A stretch of 64,000 bases of DNA, from positions 94,366,001 to 94,430,000 of the forward strand of contig NC_087472.1 in the NCBI RefSeq assembly GCF_036321535.1, read 5' to 3'. The stretch comes from Camelus dromedarius. Its lineage: Eukaryota. Position 1 is the stretch's first letter. The number at the start of each line of letters is the position of its first letter. Positions 11,250 through 23,460 of this stretch are shown piece by piece. The notes below the pieces were generated by a model. That model ran no database searches, was not told the origin of the DNA, and saw nothing but the letters and a program-made list of their open reading frames with translations. Both the position numbers and the translations under genes were made by a program.

Positions 11250-12750
11250 TGTCTGGTCAAAGAGAAGTAAGATATGTCACTAGTCAAAATTATTAAAGAG
11301 TTAAATTCTCTACTGTGGAAAAGGAATTCTTGAGCCCAAATGATCTCTCACTGTCAAGTTTGAGGATGCCTTTTGAAGTAGAGGATGGCAACAGTCCACT
11401 TAACAGAAAACGTTACCAGGCCACACAGAAAATATGTGACAGTGAATGGGTGGCTACACTAACTGAAAATTCTGCATTCATTGTATATCATGTTGAGTAT
11501 CAAAGAGATATAGATGTGTTTTCCTACTTCCTAGGCACAAAAATCTATTAGAACATTTTATTTCCTAAAAAGGAAGGACAAATTTGTGACACTAAAGGGG
11601 AAAATGTGGTACAGATGAGTTTTTGTTTTTTTTTTTAATTTTTAATTGAAGTGTAGTTGATTTACAGGTTTAGTTTCTGGTATACAGCAAAGTGATTCAG
11701 TTATGCATATACATACGTCTATATATTTTCTTTTCAAATTCTTTTTCATTATAGTTTATTACAAGAAATTGAATATAGTTCCCTGTGCTTTACAGCAGGT
11801 CCTTGTTTATCTGTTTTGTCAGATGAATTTTTACATCCTCCTCCTCTGGCAATGTCCATGGTAACCATAGAACCCGTGCCACTGGCAAATGACAGCTACT
11901 TCAGCCAGACTGAAAGAGTGGAGAAGTAAACATTGAACTAGTTCCTAGCTGAGAGAAGATGAAAAGGGAAAGGGCCAATAGCTCTTTGCTAAAAGAGCCA
12001 GGGTTATCTCTAAATGCATTGAAACTATTATTGCATAACTAAAGTAGATGTGCATTCATGACTAGGAGTTCTGCTAAGTACTTTAGTGCCTAGTGCAAAT
12101 GTAATTACAATTATTGATATCATTACCAGCATACCATTCTCTGTGTGTTGGAGAATGTTATCTGATGACTCCAGTTACCTGGTGAGACCAGATGCTTGAG
12201 AACAAATCTGGACCCAGTCATTTGAATTGATAACAGCAAAAGATAGTCAGGTCAGATGTCTGGAGACTTTTCAGAGCTGCTAGTACCTGCAATCAGAGTG
12301 CACAGACTCCATCTCACTTGTCGTGATGCTCACTTCACCAACTGTGCACAGGCTTATTTCATCAGGGACCAGAAGGCATCTACCATTGTGTTATTCTGGG
12401 TGAAGCACCATTCACTATATGTTTTCAGTGGTAGAACTCAATCTGATCAAGGGTTAAATTTGGAGACTTGTTTTCTCAGGAAAGAACATAGCTCTCTAGA
12501 ATGTAGAGGGGCAGAATTTCCCCCTATAATCCACAATAAAATGTAAAATACCCAATAAGAGAGAATTAACCACATTTCACTATCTTTTTTTTTTTTTTAC
12601 ATGAATTGCCACTGAGCAGAAGAAACTTTGTAGACGATAAGTGGAATTGTTAGTGTGTGCCTATAATCCCATAAGGATTTACACCATTGTCTCCCTCTTA
12701 TTTCATAATCTTTTAGGGATGAACAAAGGAAGTGAGATATCTGAGAAGCT
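11250..12750 (+). mobile_element. Ty3/Gypsy LTR-retrotransposon pol fossil (RNase H plus integrase; MamGyp-int-like)
   Basis: ORF 11315..11551 has EFL, FEVEDGNSPL, WVATLTE and DIDVFS (RNase H-like). ORF 12256..12546 has HFTNCAQAYFIRDQKASTIV..QSDQGLNLE. In shifted frames follow RISPYNPQ*N (12513), ERINH (12559) and LVCAYN (~12650). Confidence 0.8.
11625..11819 (-). mobile_element. Short L1 3' end inserted in the Gypsy fossil
   Basis: ttgaagtgtagttgatttac; TSD cagatga(g/a)ttttt at 11612-11624 and 11820-11832. Confidence 0.88.
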
Positions 12751-13259
12751 CACTTGGTATTCAGCTAAACTTAAATATGCTTTGTAAAAATTAAGTTGAC
12801 CGGCCACATGTTGCTCCATGCTAGAACAGAAACTGATACATGGCAGAATCTTCTAGTATTGCTATAACAGTGAGGACTCCTTGTAGGAATGAAATCACCA
12901 ACACTTATAATCTACCTTCTGTTTCAAGGGTAGGAGAGTAGATTTATGACTTATTTATATACCAAAAGTAAGGTGGATATGCTTAGGGGAATTTAAAATT
13001 ATTCATAAAACAAATTCTTGTTAACGTGGGAATTTAATGCAGGAATTTACACCCCCCCCCCATTTTCTAATGCAGAGGGAGCCTGTCAGAAGGAAGGGTG
13101 AGATAATCTCAAACTGAAATAATAGATTCCTCACCTTCCTTAACTTACTAGGGTACCAGGAGGAAAAGTGGGACAGGCATTCAGAGTAGAAAAATGGCCC
13201 CAGTGCCTCAAAATTGTTATTAAACAAAGATGTGGCTCACTTTTTATTGTATCAATTGG

Positions 13260-14400
13260 AATTCAAGTGTAATTGTACCATATGGTAAAAATGTTTTGAT
13301 TTTCTATCAGAAGGTTCATGTGGGAAGGATTTAAAAGGAGAGTTGGAATCTCTCCTGGAATGTCTTCTGATATAATAGTGATAAATATTTTGATGTAAGT
13401 GTCAGAAATTTCCCCAGAAGTAGGCCTAGAATTGAATCTTTTGTCCTTTTTAGTGCTTATCATTAAATTGCCTCTTCGAATCTGAATATATATAGTTCTT
13501 TCATCAGATCATAAAACTTTTCTCTGTATTTTTTAGTATTTCTGTCCCTCTCCTTTGTTCTTTGTTATCTCTGTACAAAAATTTCACTGGATATGTTGAC
13601 CTAAGACAAATACATTTCCAGATATTTCTCCAGTGAAGATGGATTTATTGGGATCAACAGAGAATAGCAATTCAGGGTCTGTAATCATGGTGACCCAGAT
13701 GCAAGTCCTCACATGCCAAAGGAAGGGGGATGCTTTCATAGAGAGGAAAAGGAAGTTGGGTGGGGGGCTCTAGTGAACAAAAAGTCCGTGGCTTTTCATT
13801 GGTTGAGTCCCTGCAGAAAGAAGAGGCATCGTTCTTCCTGTTGGGCTCTGCCAACTTCTCAGGGCATGAGAGCTCCCCCACTCCAGTCTCCTCACTCTAT
13901 TTAATTGAGGTTTCTGTTTATTAATTTTTTTAAATGGGTTCTGGTGTGTCTGGTTTTATCCTCTCTGTTACTTCATATTTTTCTCTTATTTATCATCCCC
14001 TTCTTTTCCCTTGAATTTTGAAATATTCCCCAGCTCATGAATTTGATTCTCTGAAATCATCCTTTCTATAATTTAACCTCTCATTTTGAGTTTTTAACTT
14101 CAGGAAAACTGATTTAAATTTGAATTACATACAATTATTTCATCCTCAAAATCTTTTGGATGTGATATCTGCTGGCATTACTTTGAAGATCTGCATTGTA
14201 CCTATTTTAAATATGTTCTGTTTTCTGTTTGAACTCTCTCATTGTGAGTTTATTTTGTTGAGTTTGGCACCTCTCTTTCATGCTTTGATTTTCCTCAAAT
14301 GCATGGTGATACTTGTTTTTCTCTTCATATTGTAGATGAAGTTCTCGATTTAACAACATCTGTAACTTGAATATGTCTCTTTAGCTTAAGTGGATATCTT
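13260..14400 (-). mobile_element. Very old L1 (L1ME-like) ORF1-region fragments, split by an LTR
   Basis: T-rich degenerate L1 antisense pattern. Confidence 0.45.
13594..13934 (-). mobile_element. ERV1-type solo LTR
   Basis: Starts tgttgac; antisense polyA signal tttatt; cattggttgag CCAAT-type motif; sharp compositional change from the flanks. Confidence 0.65.
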
Positions 14401-15697
14401 AATCTAGCATTTTTTAAGGATTCTGAGTACAGGAACCCTAATTCTGGAAGCTTCATGGTAGAAAGGCATATAAGTGGACTACTGTTTATTCATTTAGGAT
14501 GTTCAAGCAATTTAAATTCCCAAAGTCATAATTCACCTTCCCTTGTGACATGTGTAAGTTACCAGAACACTTTCTATGTATACTACACCTTGTGACCACT
14601 ATGACACTACCTAGGGTCACAAAGATCTACCTTAGAAAACTGGATTCTACCAAGTACATTGAAAGGAGGATATTCGCAAGTGTCATGCATGTATTAGGTG
14701 CCATGAATTATTTGCCATGAAATTGAATCTAATCTACAAGTGTCACTTACAATTCAAAATACTAAATCATTTTATGATCCAGATAATTTAATTTACTTTT
14801 TATCTGTATTAGTATGGTAAGTATGGGCATGTGGTACATGCTTTTGATATAGTGGTGAATAACATAGATGGGGTTTCTACTCTTTCGTGGTTTATAGCCT
14901 GGTAGAAGAGCATAAAACACATTATCAAATAATGCAATTGCTGCTACAATTTATTTAGCACTGAGTAGAACACAGCAGGGGTGATGTTAAAGGAAGACTT
15001 CCTGGGAGGAGTGAACTCTAAGCTGAGATGTGAAAGATAACTAGAAATTATGCAAATAAAGTTGAGAGAAAAAGTGTTCGAGGTGGGAAGAATAGCAGCT
15101 ATCATGGGACAGAAGCAAAAAAAAAAAAAAAAAAGGTGGCACCTTCAAAGAACTAGAAGGAATTTGAATATGGCTCAGAGTGTGGAATGCAGTGTAGGAA
15201 GTGGAAAGAGATGAGACTGGGAAGGTAAACAAGTTCAGATCATGGAGAACCAGGTCTGCCATGTTAAAGGGTTTGGCCTTTATTTTAGACAGATAGTTAA
15301 GGAGTTTTAAGAAAGAGACTGGCATAATCAGATTTTCACTTTAGAAAACTGAGTCTGGTCACGTTGTGAAAAATAGGCTGTTGGGATGAGAAGCTGAGGC
15401 ACGGATAGTGATCAGGAGCTGCACATGCTAAGGCAAGACACGTTGGTGGCCTTGACATGAACTTAGTAAGAGCAATCGAACCTGGTTATTGTTGGGCTGT
15501 GAAAGATCGGAAGGTCTAGACAAATACTCAGATTCGTAGCATTGGGAACTTGGTGGAAGTTGAGTTTATTTCTTAGAATCAGAAGTACAGGAAGAAGAGC
15601 TATCGTTGGCAGATGGTTTGGGAGCAGCAAAGATAACTTTAGTTTTGGATAGCTTATGTTGAATTGACTATGTTTATATGTCCACTAGGCAGTTCTA

Positions 15698-16095
15698 TAT
15701 CAGAATCCCGGAAAAAAGTAACAGGCATATCCAACATTTACAATTAAAGAGATTTTAAGGAAAGACTGGTATAAGATGTAGGTAGGGTTTAAGGAAACAA
15801 AAAAGATTAGTGAAGCACTTGAGGCTAGCAACAGCAGAAGACAACAGGACAAGAGATATAGCCTTCAGTAAAATAAGAAAACCACTGCAAAACCATGGTC
15901 TGTCAATGAAGGGGAGCCAGTGCAGTACAAATCTTGACCTTTCTCTCCTTTTGCCTTCTCATTTCCTACTAGTGCCTTCACTTGAAATAACCCAATTAAA
16001 ACCAAAGGGCAAGGGAGCCCAGTCCAAAGAGCTCAGTTTTCCATAGAGAAAAATGGATGGTAGGATAAATAAATAAAGGGTGAATATCCAGCACA
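15698..16095 (-). mobile_element. LTR33-like ERVL solo LTR
   Basis: ccaaagggcaagggagccc and gaggctagcaacagc; ends gaatatccagcaca; similar in reverse complement to the copy at 41872-42567. Confidence 0.65.
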
Positions 16096-16167
16096 AATCT
16101 GAATCTATTACCTGGGTTGGAGACAGGATTTTTAGGAGCTATCCACTATACAGACATTAATTTCAGT

Positions 16168-16260
16168 GGGGGTGTGTATAGCTCAGTGGCAGAGTGCATG
16201 CTTAACACGCATGAGGTCCTGGATTCAATCCTCACTACTGCCACAAAAAGAAAAAAAAAA
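16168..16260 (+). mobile_element. tRNA-Ala-derived SINE (Vic-1-like)
   Basis: gtatagctcagtggcagagtgcatgcttaac...ggattcaatcc plus poly-A; TSD cactata(c/t)ag(a/g)cattaattt at 16144-16163 and 16262-16281. Confidence 0.9.
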
Positions 16261-16281
16261 GCACTATATAGGCATTAATTT

Positions 16282-16872
16282 TGTTATTCCAAAAGGTTAA
16301 GACCCGGGTTCTTGTCATACCCGAAAGACAACTTTGCGGTCTGGAGATGGTGCGTTGTGTAGTGAAAGATCTCAAAGATTTAAAAGGAAAGGAAAAGTAC
16401 ACCCCCAAGGATGGGAGATGGGCTAATCCAAGGGAGGAAAAGTGGAGGTTTTTGTCTCCCCCTTCTCTTACACCCTCACTTAGAGGTGGTCTCTTGATTG
16501 GTTGACGGCTCTTGTCCCTGGAATGCTTAGTCATGTTTGGGCCCTTTGTGCGTGTCCTTACCCATGGTGCACACAGAAAAACCCGTGGGCAAGGGGGCCT
16601 AACCACAGTGTTAATTATAATACAATGAACCTTGGTCATGTCCGGTTAAGTCCTTTCTACTACTGCCCAGTCGTAGCTGTCGGGTTTTAACCAGTTGGTT
16701 TTTTTTGTTTTTTGGTAGTTTGGTTTTTTGTTGTTGTTGTTGTTGTTTTGTTTTTGCTGGCACTCATTTAGAAGAAGTAAAGTCCCTTTATGCTGGAGGC
16801 AGGCATAATACCATCTTCTGGACCGTCCTCCCTCTCCTCCACCTATCTGCCCCGTGCCCTAACTACCTAACA
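16282..16872 (-). mobile_element. Young ERV1-type solo LTR
   Basis: tgtta...taaca termini, 4-bp TSD attt (16278-16281 and 16873-16876), CpGs retained. Confidence 0.85.
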
Positions 16873-16959
16873 ATTTCATTGTGTGTTTGTGATGGGGAAG
16901 AATGAACTCACCCAGGAAAGTTATATAGTGAGAACGGAACACTTATTGGAGCTCTGCAT

Positions 16960-17183
16960 CAGGGGTTGGCAAACTTTTCCTATAAAGGGCCAGACAGAAA
17001 ACGTTTTAGACTTCGTGGATCACATGATCTGTGTTACAACTACACAGCTCAATCATTTGTCGTTGACCAAAGCTTTAGACAATACATGAATGAATGAGTG
17101 AGTCTGTGCTCTAATGAAACTTTATTTATAAAAACAGGTGGAGGTCAGGATTTGGCCTGTAGGTCATAATTTGCTGACCACTG
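16960..17183 (+). mobile_element. MER58A-like hAT-Charlie MITE
   Basis: caggggttggcaaacttttcctataaagggccaga ... aatttgctgaccactg terminal inverted repeats. Confidence 0.88.
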
Positions 17184-17785
17184 GTCTAAAGGAAATCTCA
17201 GTGAACAGAATAAAATAAATTATCAAAGGACACTAAGAAGGACAGGACAGTTGTTAGAGTAAAATGAGGAAAATGAAGTATTGTAAAGCCAAAGGTGGAG
17301 AGTGTTAAAGGACAAGGGAATGACCCATAATATTAGGAGATGCAGGAAAATTCAGTCAGAAAAATACTAAAAAATTTTTAACAGATTTTGGGATAGCAAG
17401 ATCATTGGTGATCATCAGTTTCATTGGTGCTCCAGAGGTCAGATTTCAGTGAGTTGAAAAGATGAAGTCAGAGTAAAATTACTGATTGTAAACAACTCTT
17501 TAAAATTGTTGGGTTGTAAAGAGCAGTGAAGAGAAGAGATGTGCTTCTAACTAGAGGTGATGATAGGTTTAAAAGTATATTTTAAGATAAGACAGAACAA
17601 AAGATGTTTAAATGTGAATAGGAGAGAATAGAGAGGTAGTAGAAGATATGCATGATATACATGATAAAGGAAGCATAATTGACATAAGAAAGGTCCCTTG
17701 AGAATGCAAGACAATGGGCAAAGATGGAAATTCAGTTTTAGGAAAAGGAATGTCATTTTCATTATAACTAGATGGAAGGAGATGG

Positions 17786-18278
17786 TGTTATTTGGGGCTT
17801 GTATCCATTATCTATCCCTGCATATCCAGCTGCCCCGCAAAATCAACAAAGATTTCTTAATCTCACTTCTGTAGGGTAGCAGCGCTCACTTGGCTAGTTC
17901 TTTACTTCATTTATTTTGGCTGAACTAACTCATGCAGTAGCAGTTATCCAGATCTCAACTGGGACTGGATGACTTAAAAAGGCTTCACTCATGCCTAATG
18001 ATCGATGCATCTGAAAAAGACCTCTGGCTCACGTTGCTCTCCAGCCAGGCAGCCATGGCTCCTCAGAACTTCCTAGGGGGAAATGTGAATTAGAGTTTGC
18101 ACACTGTCTCTTCTGCCACATTGTATTTATTTGTCCAAGGAAGTCACAAGGCCAGCCCAGATTTAAGAGGAGAGCATATAGGCACTGCCTCCTGATGGGC
18201 GGAAGGAAAAGTCCCATTGCCAGAGGGCATGTTGGGATGGGAGAGGTGGTTTCTGGCATCTTTGTGAACCATCTCCCA
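17786..18278 (-). mobile_element. MaLR LTR (MLT1J/H-like)
   Basis: ggcttcactcatg, tcttctgccacattgtatt, aagtcacaaggccagcccagatt. Confidence 0.75.
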
Positions 18279-21269
18279 AAAGCCTTCATAAAATCCATTC
18301 ATTTTTAAACAGGCCTATTTCTCTTCCTTTTCTCAACAAATGGACGGATTGGAATTTGAGTGTTGAAGGTATATTGTATAAGAAGTCATAATAACTAACA
18401 GGTAGAATTAAGAAGAATCTTGATTTTATTCAGATCTTGATAATAAAGAAAAGTTAAACAAAAGCAGCTTGGAATACTTTAGATTCCATAATCCTTAACG
18501 GATGGCAAAAATGTGAAAATACTTCCTTACGGTTGTTTCAAACACTAAAGTCCAAAATATAGTATGACAACTGCATTGATTTTTGTCTTAAGGCTTCTGT
18601 TTATGACTTGCTTTCTAATTTCTGCTAAAGAGCGATTCAAACTGGGTCCCACTGAAACCCAGATTCAAAGGGTTGAGAGAGGACAAAAATGCTTTGGAAT
18701 TATTTGGTATATTCAGTTGATTTCTGGAAATATGATTGAAAAGTGGCACACGCAGCTCTTAACCATCAGAATTTAGATGGATCCTTTTATCTGAATAGAG
18801 TCTCAGTGGGTGAAAATCACTGAAATTGTAGAATATCTGAAACAACTTCAATCCATCACTCTGCAAAATATCATCAGTGTGCTGAAAGGAATACAAAATA
18901 TTGTTTACTTGCCTATTTTTGGTTCAAAAGTTTTCACTCTAAAAACTAGTAAGTGACTCAAGGTTTCCTAGTTGACATCTTTAAAACTACCTTTATGAAA
19001 TTTCTTCTCTATTCAATAATTCTGAAGTGCTGAATTCAGTATTGATGTTTTTTTGAGAATGCTTTTCTTTTCATAATCTCTTTTTCAGTCTCTCCCCAAC
19101 TTCATCCTTCCCTTCCTCCCTTCCTCTGTTTCCTGTTTCCTTCTGTCCATAGATTGAAAGAGAGGGTACGTATGTTTGCAAGCCCTTATTTGCAAATGCA
19201 CCAATCTGAGATTTTATGCCTGAACTCATTTTAGTTCAGCTTTATATTAATTTAGGAGGGGCTGCTCTTAACTCTGAATAGAAACTGAGCCATGCCCAGA
19301 CAGGTCTGAAGAGGTGCTGGATTGGGCATCTCCAGGACGCAATTTGTGTACTAAGAGTTCCAGGAGAACAAGGAAAAACTTGTGTTTCAATATTTAAAGG
19401 GGAATTTGAGGCCAAACAGGAAGGAGATTAATACTGGCCAATCTCGGTTGTTGTTTAAATATCCTGGTTCTGTCAACTTCTGTATAAGCTATTTGAGACC
19501 AAGATGGTAGCATATCTTTTGTACCATATCTTAGCAGTGCTGAGGGCCATCTTCAAGTGGCTTCTACTGTGCTCATCATAAGCAAAACAGTCCAGACCAT
19601 GAACCGCATAAGACACTACTAGGGACCCAAAAACTAGGTAAGACTGTGAGGGGCCTGGGTAACCTGCATAGGCAAGTAAGAGGAAGAGTGAAATGTAATC
19701 CAATCATGTCATTATCTTCTGTATTTATACACATGGCCTGGTGAGGTTTGAGAGACTTAGGCTATACTTAACACAAATTGCAAGAGAATATTTAGAAATT
19801 TGGTTGCCAAGCAAATTCTTACTTATCTAGGACTTGATATTAAGCCTGTTAGGATGTACTGGCTATGCATTATGCCTCAATAATTTTTTTTTCCTTTGGT
19901 AATTTTTAAAGGTAATACTAAATAGGAATATATAGCTTTTCCTTCAGGCTGAGGTTTGTGTAATTTCCCTATTCTAAGTCACAGATAATTGACTGAACTA
20001 TACAAATCATTGTCTGTAGTTTGGGCCATCAGGCCATTAGGAATTTTGGATGAATTGATCACAGCTGCTACTGGGTAAATTTACACTCGTTGACAGTGCA
20101 AACACCCATATGAACAGAGTTATCTTGTGATTAAAATACACTTTGGGAGTGAAACTCCCTTTTTAAATATAGATTATCTTTAAGAAATATTGTTAAATTA
20201 GGGCACCCAAAATGGCGCAGATCATTTATGTCCCTGTTACTCTTCACATCGATACAGATGTGCAATGCAGAATAGCTTGTATGCATAATTGTCTGAATAT
20301 TTGGTATACACATTGCTAAATATTAAAGAAACAACTGTCATCACTTAAGGTGTTCTTTTGTACATCCTTAGCCTTCCTTTTTTAGTTTTTGTTTGTTTTT
20401 TACTTGGTATTGTAGCAATTTCCTCTTCCTTTATTGATCTTATCCTCTCACCAAAATCATATTTTCTTTTGTTCAATTGATTATGCTCTTTTTGAAAAAT
20501 AAATTTCAATGTGCAACCCTTTTTTTTTTTTTAATGAGTTTCAGTGTGTCACTCCTACTGGCAAATTCCAGTTTAACCCATTCATCTTCAGTGATGAAAT
20601 TAAAGACTTTACCTTTCACAAAAGAACTTGATTGGCCAGCAAGGAAGTCGGCTGAATTGCTTTAACACAGGAAGTCTCTTTATAGAGCTTCACAATGGGG
20701 CTGGGCTCAATGTGTTTATAGATGAATGCCATATTTTCGGAAGAGGAGGTTTAGTCCAGTTTGAGGTTGAAATCAAGTTTTAAGAATTAAATATATTTTT
20801 TACATTTAGTCATGAAAAGTGAGATGAAAGGTAGAAAATTTTAGCCAGGGGTCAGTCTCACTGAACTGCGAAGAAGAAGCCATTTGCTAAAAGAAGTGAC
20901 TCAAGCTGAGGCACAGCTGTATCTTTAGGCAGCCAATTAACACTGCCACTCCTCTTCAGCCCTTCCATTAATGTAAAGCTTTGTCACTTTAAAAAATGTG
21001 GGCCAATTTAATTAATTCAGACTTCCCACAGACACATCCTGGTTCATGCTGTGCTTAGGAACCTTGTAATTCAGGAAACATGTTATTCACATGTAATGAA
21101 GTCTCACTTGGTGATTTGAGTCTCCCTTCAGGTCTGGGTTAGCTTGCATCTCATCTATGAGGGGATATCAATATGGTGAAGTATTGTGATTAGATTTATT
21201 GAGTTTGCATTTTTCTTTTTCTTAAAGTTGGTGACTAGGCTCCATAGCTGAAATAAGAAGAAATAAGTA

Positions 21270-21649
21270 CATATAGGTCATTGGAAGAGAATTTAGAGTT
21301 CATCAGTGGACCCTTACATTGTGGTCAATTAATACTTGACCAGGGTGCATTGATAGTTTAATGGAGGGAAAGAAGAGTTTTTTTCAACAAACAGTCCTGA
21401 GAAAACTGGACATCCACTTGCAAATTTGAAATGCATCATACACCTAAATGTAAAATTTAAACTGTAAAACTCTTAGAAGGAAACATAGGAATAAATCCTT
21501 GTGACCATGGCTTAGAAAATGACTTCCTATAGAGGATGCTAAAAAATAAGTTGCAAAAGAAAAATTAGATAAACTGGATGTCATCAAATTTAAAACTTTT
21601 GTGCTTGAAAGGATGCCATTAAGTAAGTGAAATGACAACATACAGAATG

Positions 21650-21702
<53 letters not shown>

Positions 21703-22755
21703 TATATATTTGCTAATCATATATTTGATAAGGCACTGGTTTCCAAAGTACATACAGAACTCATAACTCAATAATTAAAAACAAAATAGAAAAAATAAAC
21801 TAGTTTAAAAATGAATAAAGGATCTGAATAGACATCTCTCTGAAGAAGGTAAACAAATGGCCAATAAACCCGTGAAAAGATGCTCTAAATCATTAGCCAT
21901 CAGAGAACAACAAATCAAAATGACACTGAAATAACACTTCACACCCACTAGAATGGCTGTAATAAAGATAAATAATAACAAGTGTTGGTGAGAATGTGGA
22001 GGAATTGGACCCTTATGCACTAATAATGTTGGGGATGTGAAATGATGAAGCTGCTGTGGAAAACTGGCAGTTCCTCAAAATGTTAAACATGGAGTTACCA
22101 TATTACCCAGCAACTTCAGTCCTACATCTCTGCCCAAGGAAAATAAAAACATATGTCCAGAGAAAAAGATGTATATGAATATTCACAGCAGAATTATTCA
22201 TCAGAGCTAAAAACTGGAAACAACCTAGATTTCCATTAACTAATAAACAAAGTGTCATATATCCATGGAATGGGATATTGTTGAATCATAAAAAGGAATA
22301 AAGTATTGATACATGGGTAAACATGGGTGAAACTTGAAAAGATTATGCTAAGTGAGAGAAACCAGTTACGGGGTTGGGAGGATAGCTCAGTGGTAGAGCA
22401 CGTACTTAGCCTGCAGGAGGTCTTTGGTCCATTCTCTAGTACCTTTATTTAAAAAAAAAGAAGAAGCCAGTCACAAAATACCACATATTATATGATGCCA
22501 TTTATATCAAATGGCCAGAGGCAGATCAGTAGAGACAGAGCAGATTCGTAGTTGCCAGGAGCTGGGGTTGGGGTTAATGGAGAGTAACTGCTAATGGATA
22601 TGTGGTTGCCTTTAGGCAGTGATGAAAATATTATATGATTGTGGTGATGGTTACATAATTCCATGAAGATAATAAAAACCATTGGATTGTATACTTTAAA
22701 TGAGTTAATAGTATGGTATGTGAGTAATATCTCAATGAAACTATGAAAGAAAAAT
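21270..22755 (+). mobile_element. L1MB-like ORF2 3' end plus 3' UTR
   Basis: Continuous L1 motifs through tatctcaatgaaactatg; TSD ataagaagaaataa at 21253-21266 and 22756-22769; (TA)n at ~21652-21708. Confidence 0.9.
22370..22461 (+). mobile_element. tRNA-Ala-derived SINE (Vic-1-like) nested in L1MB
   Basis: gatagctcagtggtagagcacgtacttagc; TSD agaa(a/g)ccagt(t/c)ac at 22357-22369 and 22462-22474. Confidence 0.88.
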
Positions 22756-22959
22756 ATAAGAAGAAATAATTACCCTGAATTCTACAGAGAGCTGCCAAAA
22801 TATGGGGCTAGACACTGCCTAGGAGGCATATTAAATGATTACCAAAGTGATCTTGCACCCTGTAGGCACTATCCAAACTCTCTTCCCCCTTCCAGTCTAT
22901 ATAAAAAGGTCTTAGGACTAGAGTTACAGAGTGAAAACAGTTGTCAGATTTGTTGACTA

Positions 22960-23460
22960 TGATGATATAACTATAGATTCATGGAGAGTCCTCCCACTGA
23001 AAGGTCAGTTTTCTTGAACCTGAGCTAATCTTTGTGACTTGCTTACAACCAGCAGAAGTGACACAGTACAAGTTCCATGGCTGGTCAGAAAAAAAGGCCA
23101 TGGAGTTTCAGCCTAGTTTTCCTTGGCTGCTTGCCTTTGTATCCCTGAGCCACTGTGTAAAAATTCTGAGGACAGCATGCCGTGAGAAAGCTCAGGCCAC
23201 ATGGAGAATCCACATGTCAGTGTCCTGGCTCACAGTCCCAGCTTAGATCTCTATCCATAACCAGCATCAGCTGCTAGACATGTGAGTGAAGGTGCTGCCA
23301 GATAATTCCAGCTCCCTGCCACCATGTTTTCTTTACTTACACAAAAACTCCCCACTGTACTATGTTCAAATTCCTGACGTGTAGAATCTGGAAACATACT
23401 AAAAGTGCTGTTTTATGCCACTAGGTTCTGGGGTGATTTCTGTGTAGCAAAAGTAAAAAC
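22960..23460 (+). mobile_element. MaLR LTR (MLT1G/H-like)
   Basis: gcagaagtgacac, ccagcatcagctgctagacatgtgagtgaag, gttttatgccactaggttctggggtg. Confidence 0.8.

Larger units (their letters stand above)
14790..17785 (-). mobile_element. Long L2 fragment carrying several nested insertions
   Basis: gatatagtggtgaataacatagat, aggaagacttcctgggagga..taagctgagatgtgaaagataa, gttttggatagcttatgttgaa, gtaaacaactcttt. Confidence 0.75.

Noticed and set aside
11250..12750. Domesticated Gypsy-derived gene (RTL/GIN-like)
   Set aside because: Multiple frameshifts, an in-frame stop in the PYxPQ motif and an L1 insertion indicate neutral decay.
16235..16639. Longest ORF (134 aa)
   Set aside because: It lies in a solo LTR and SINE tail and has no domain resemblance.
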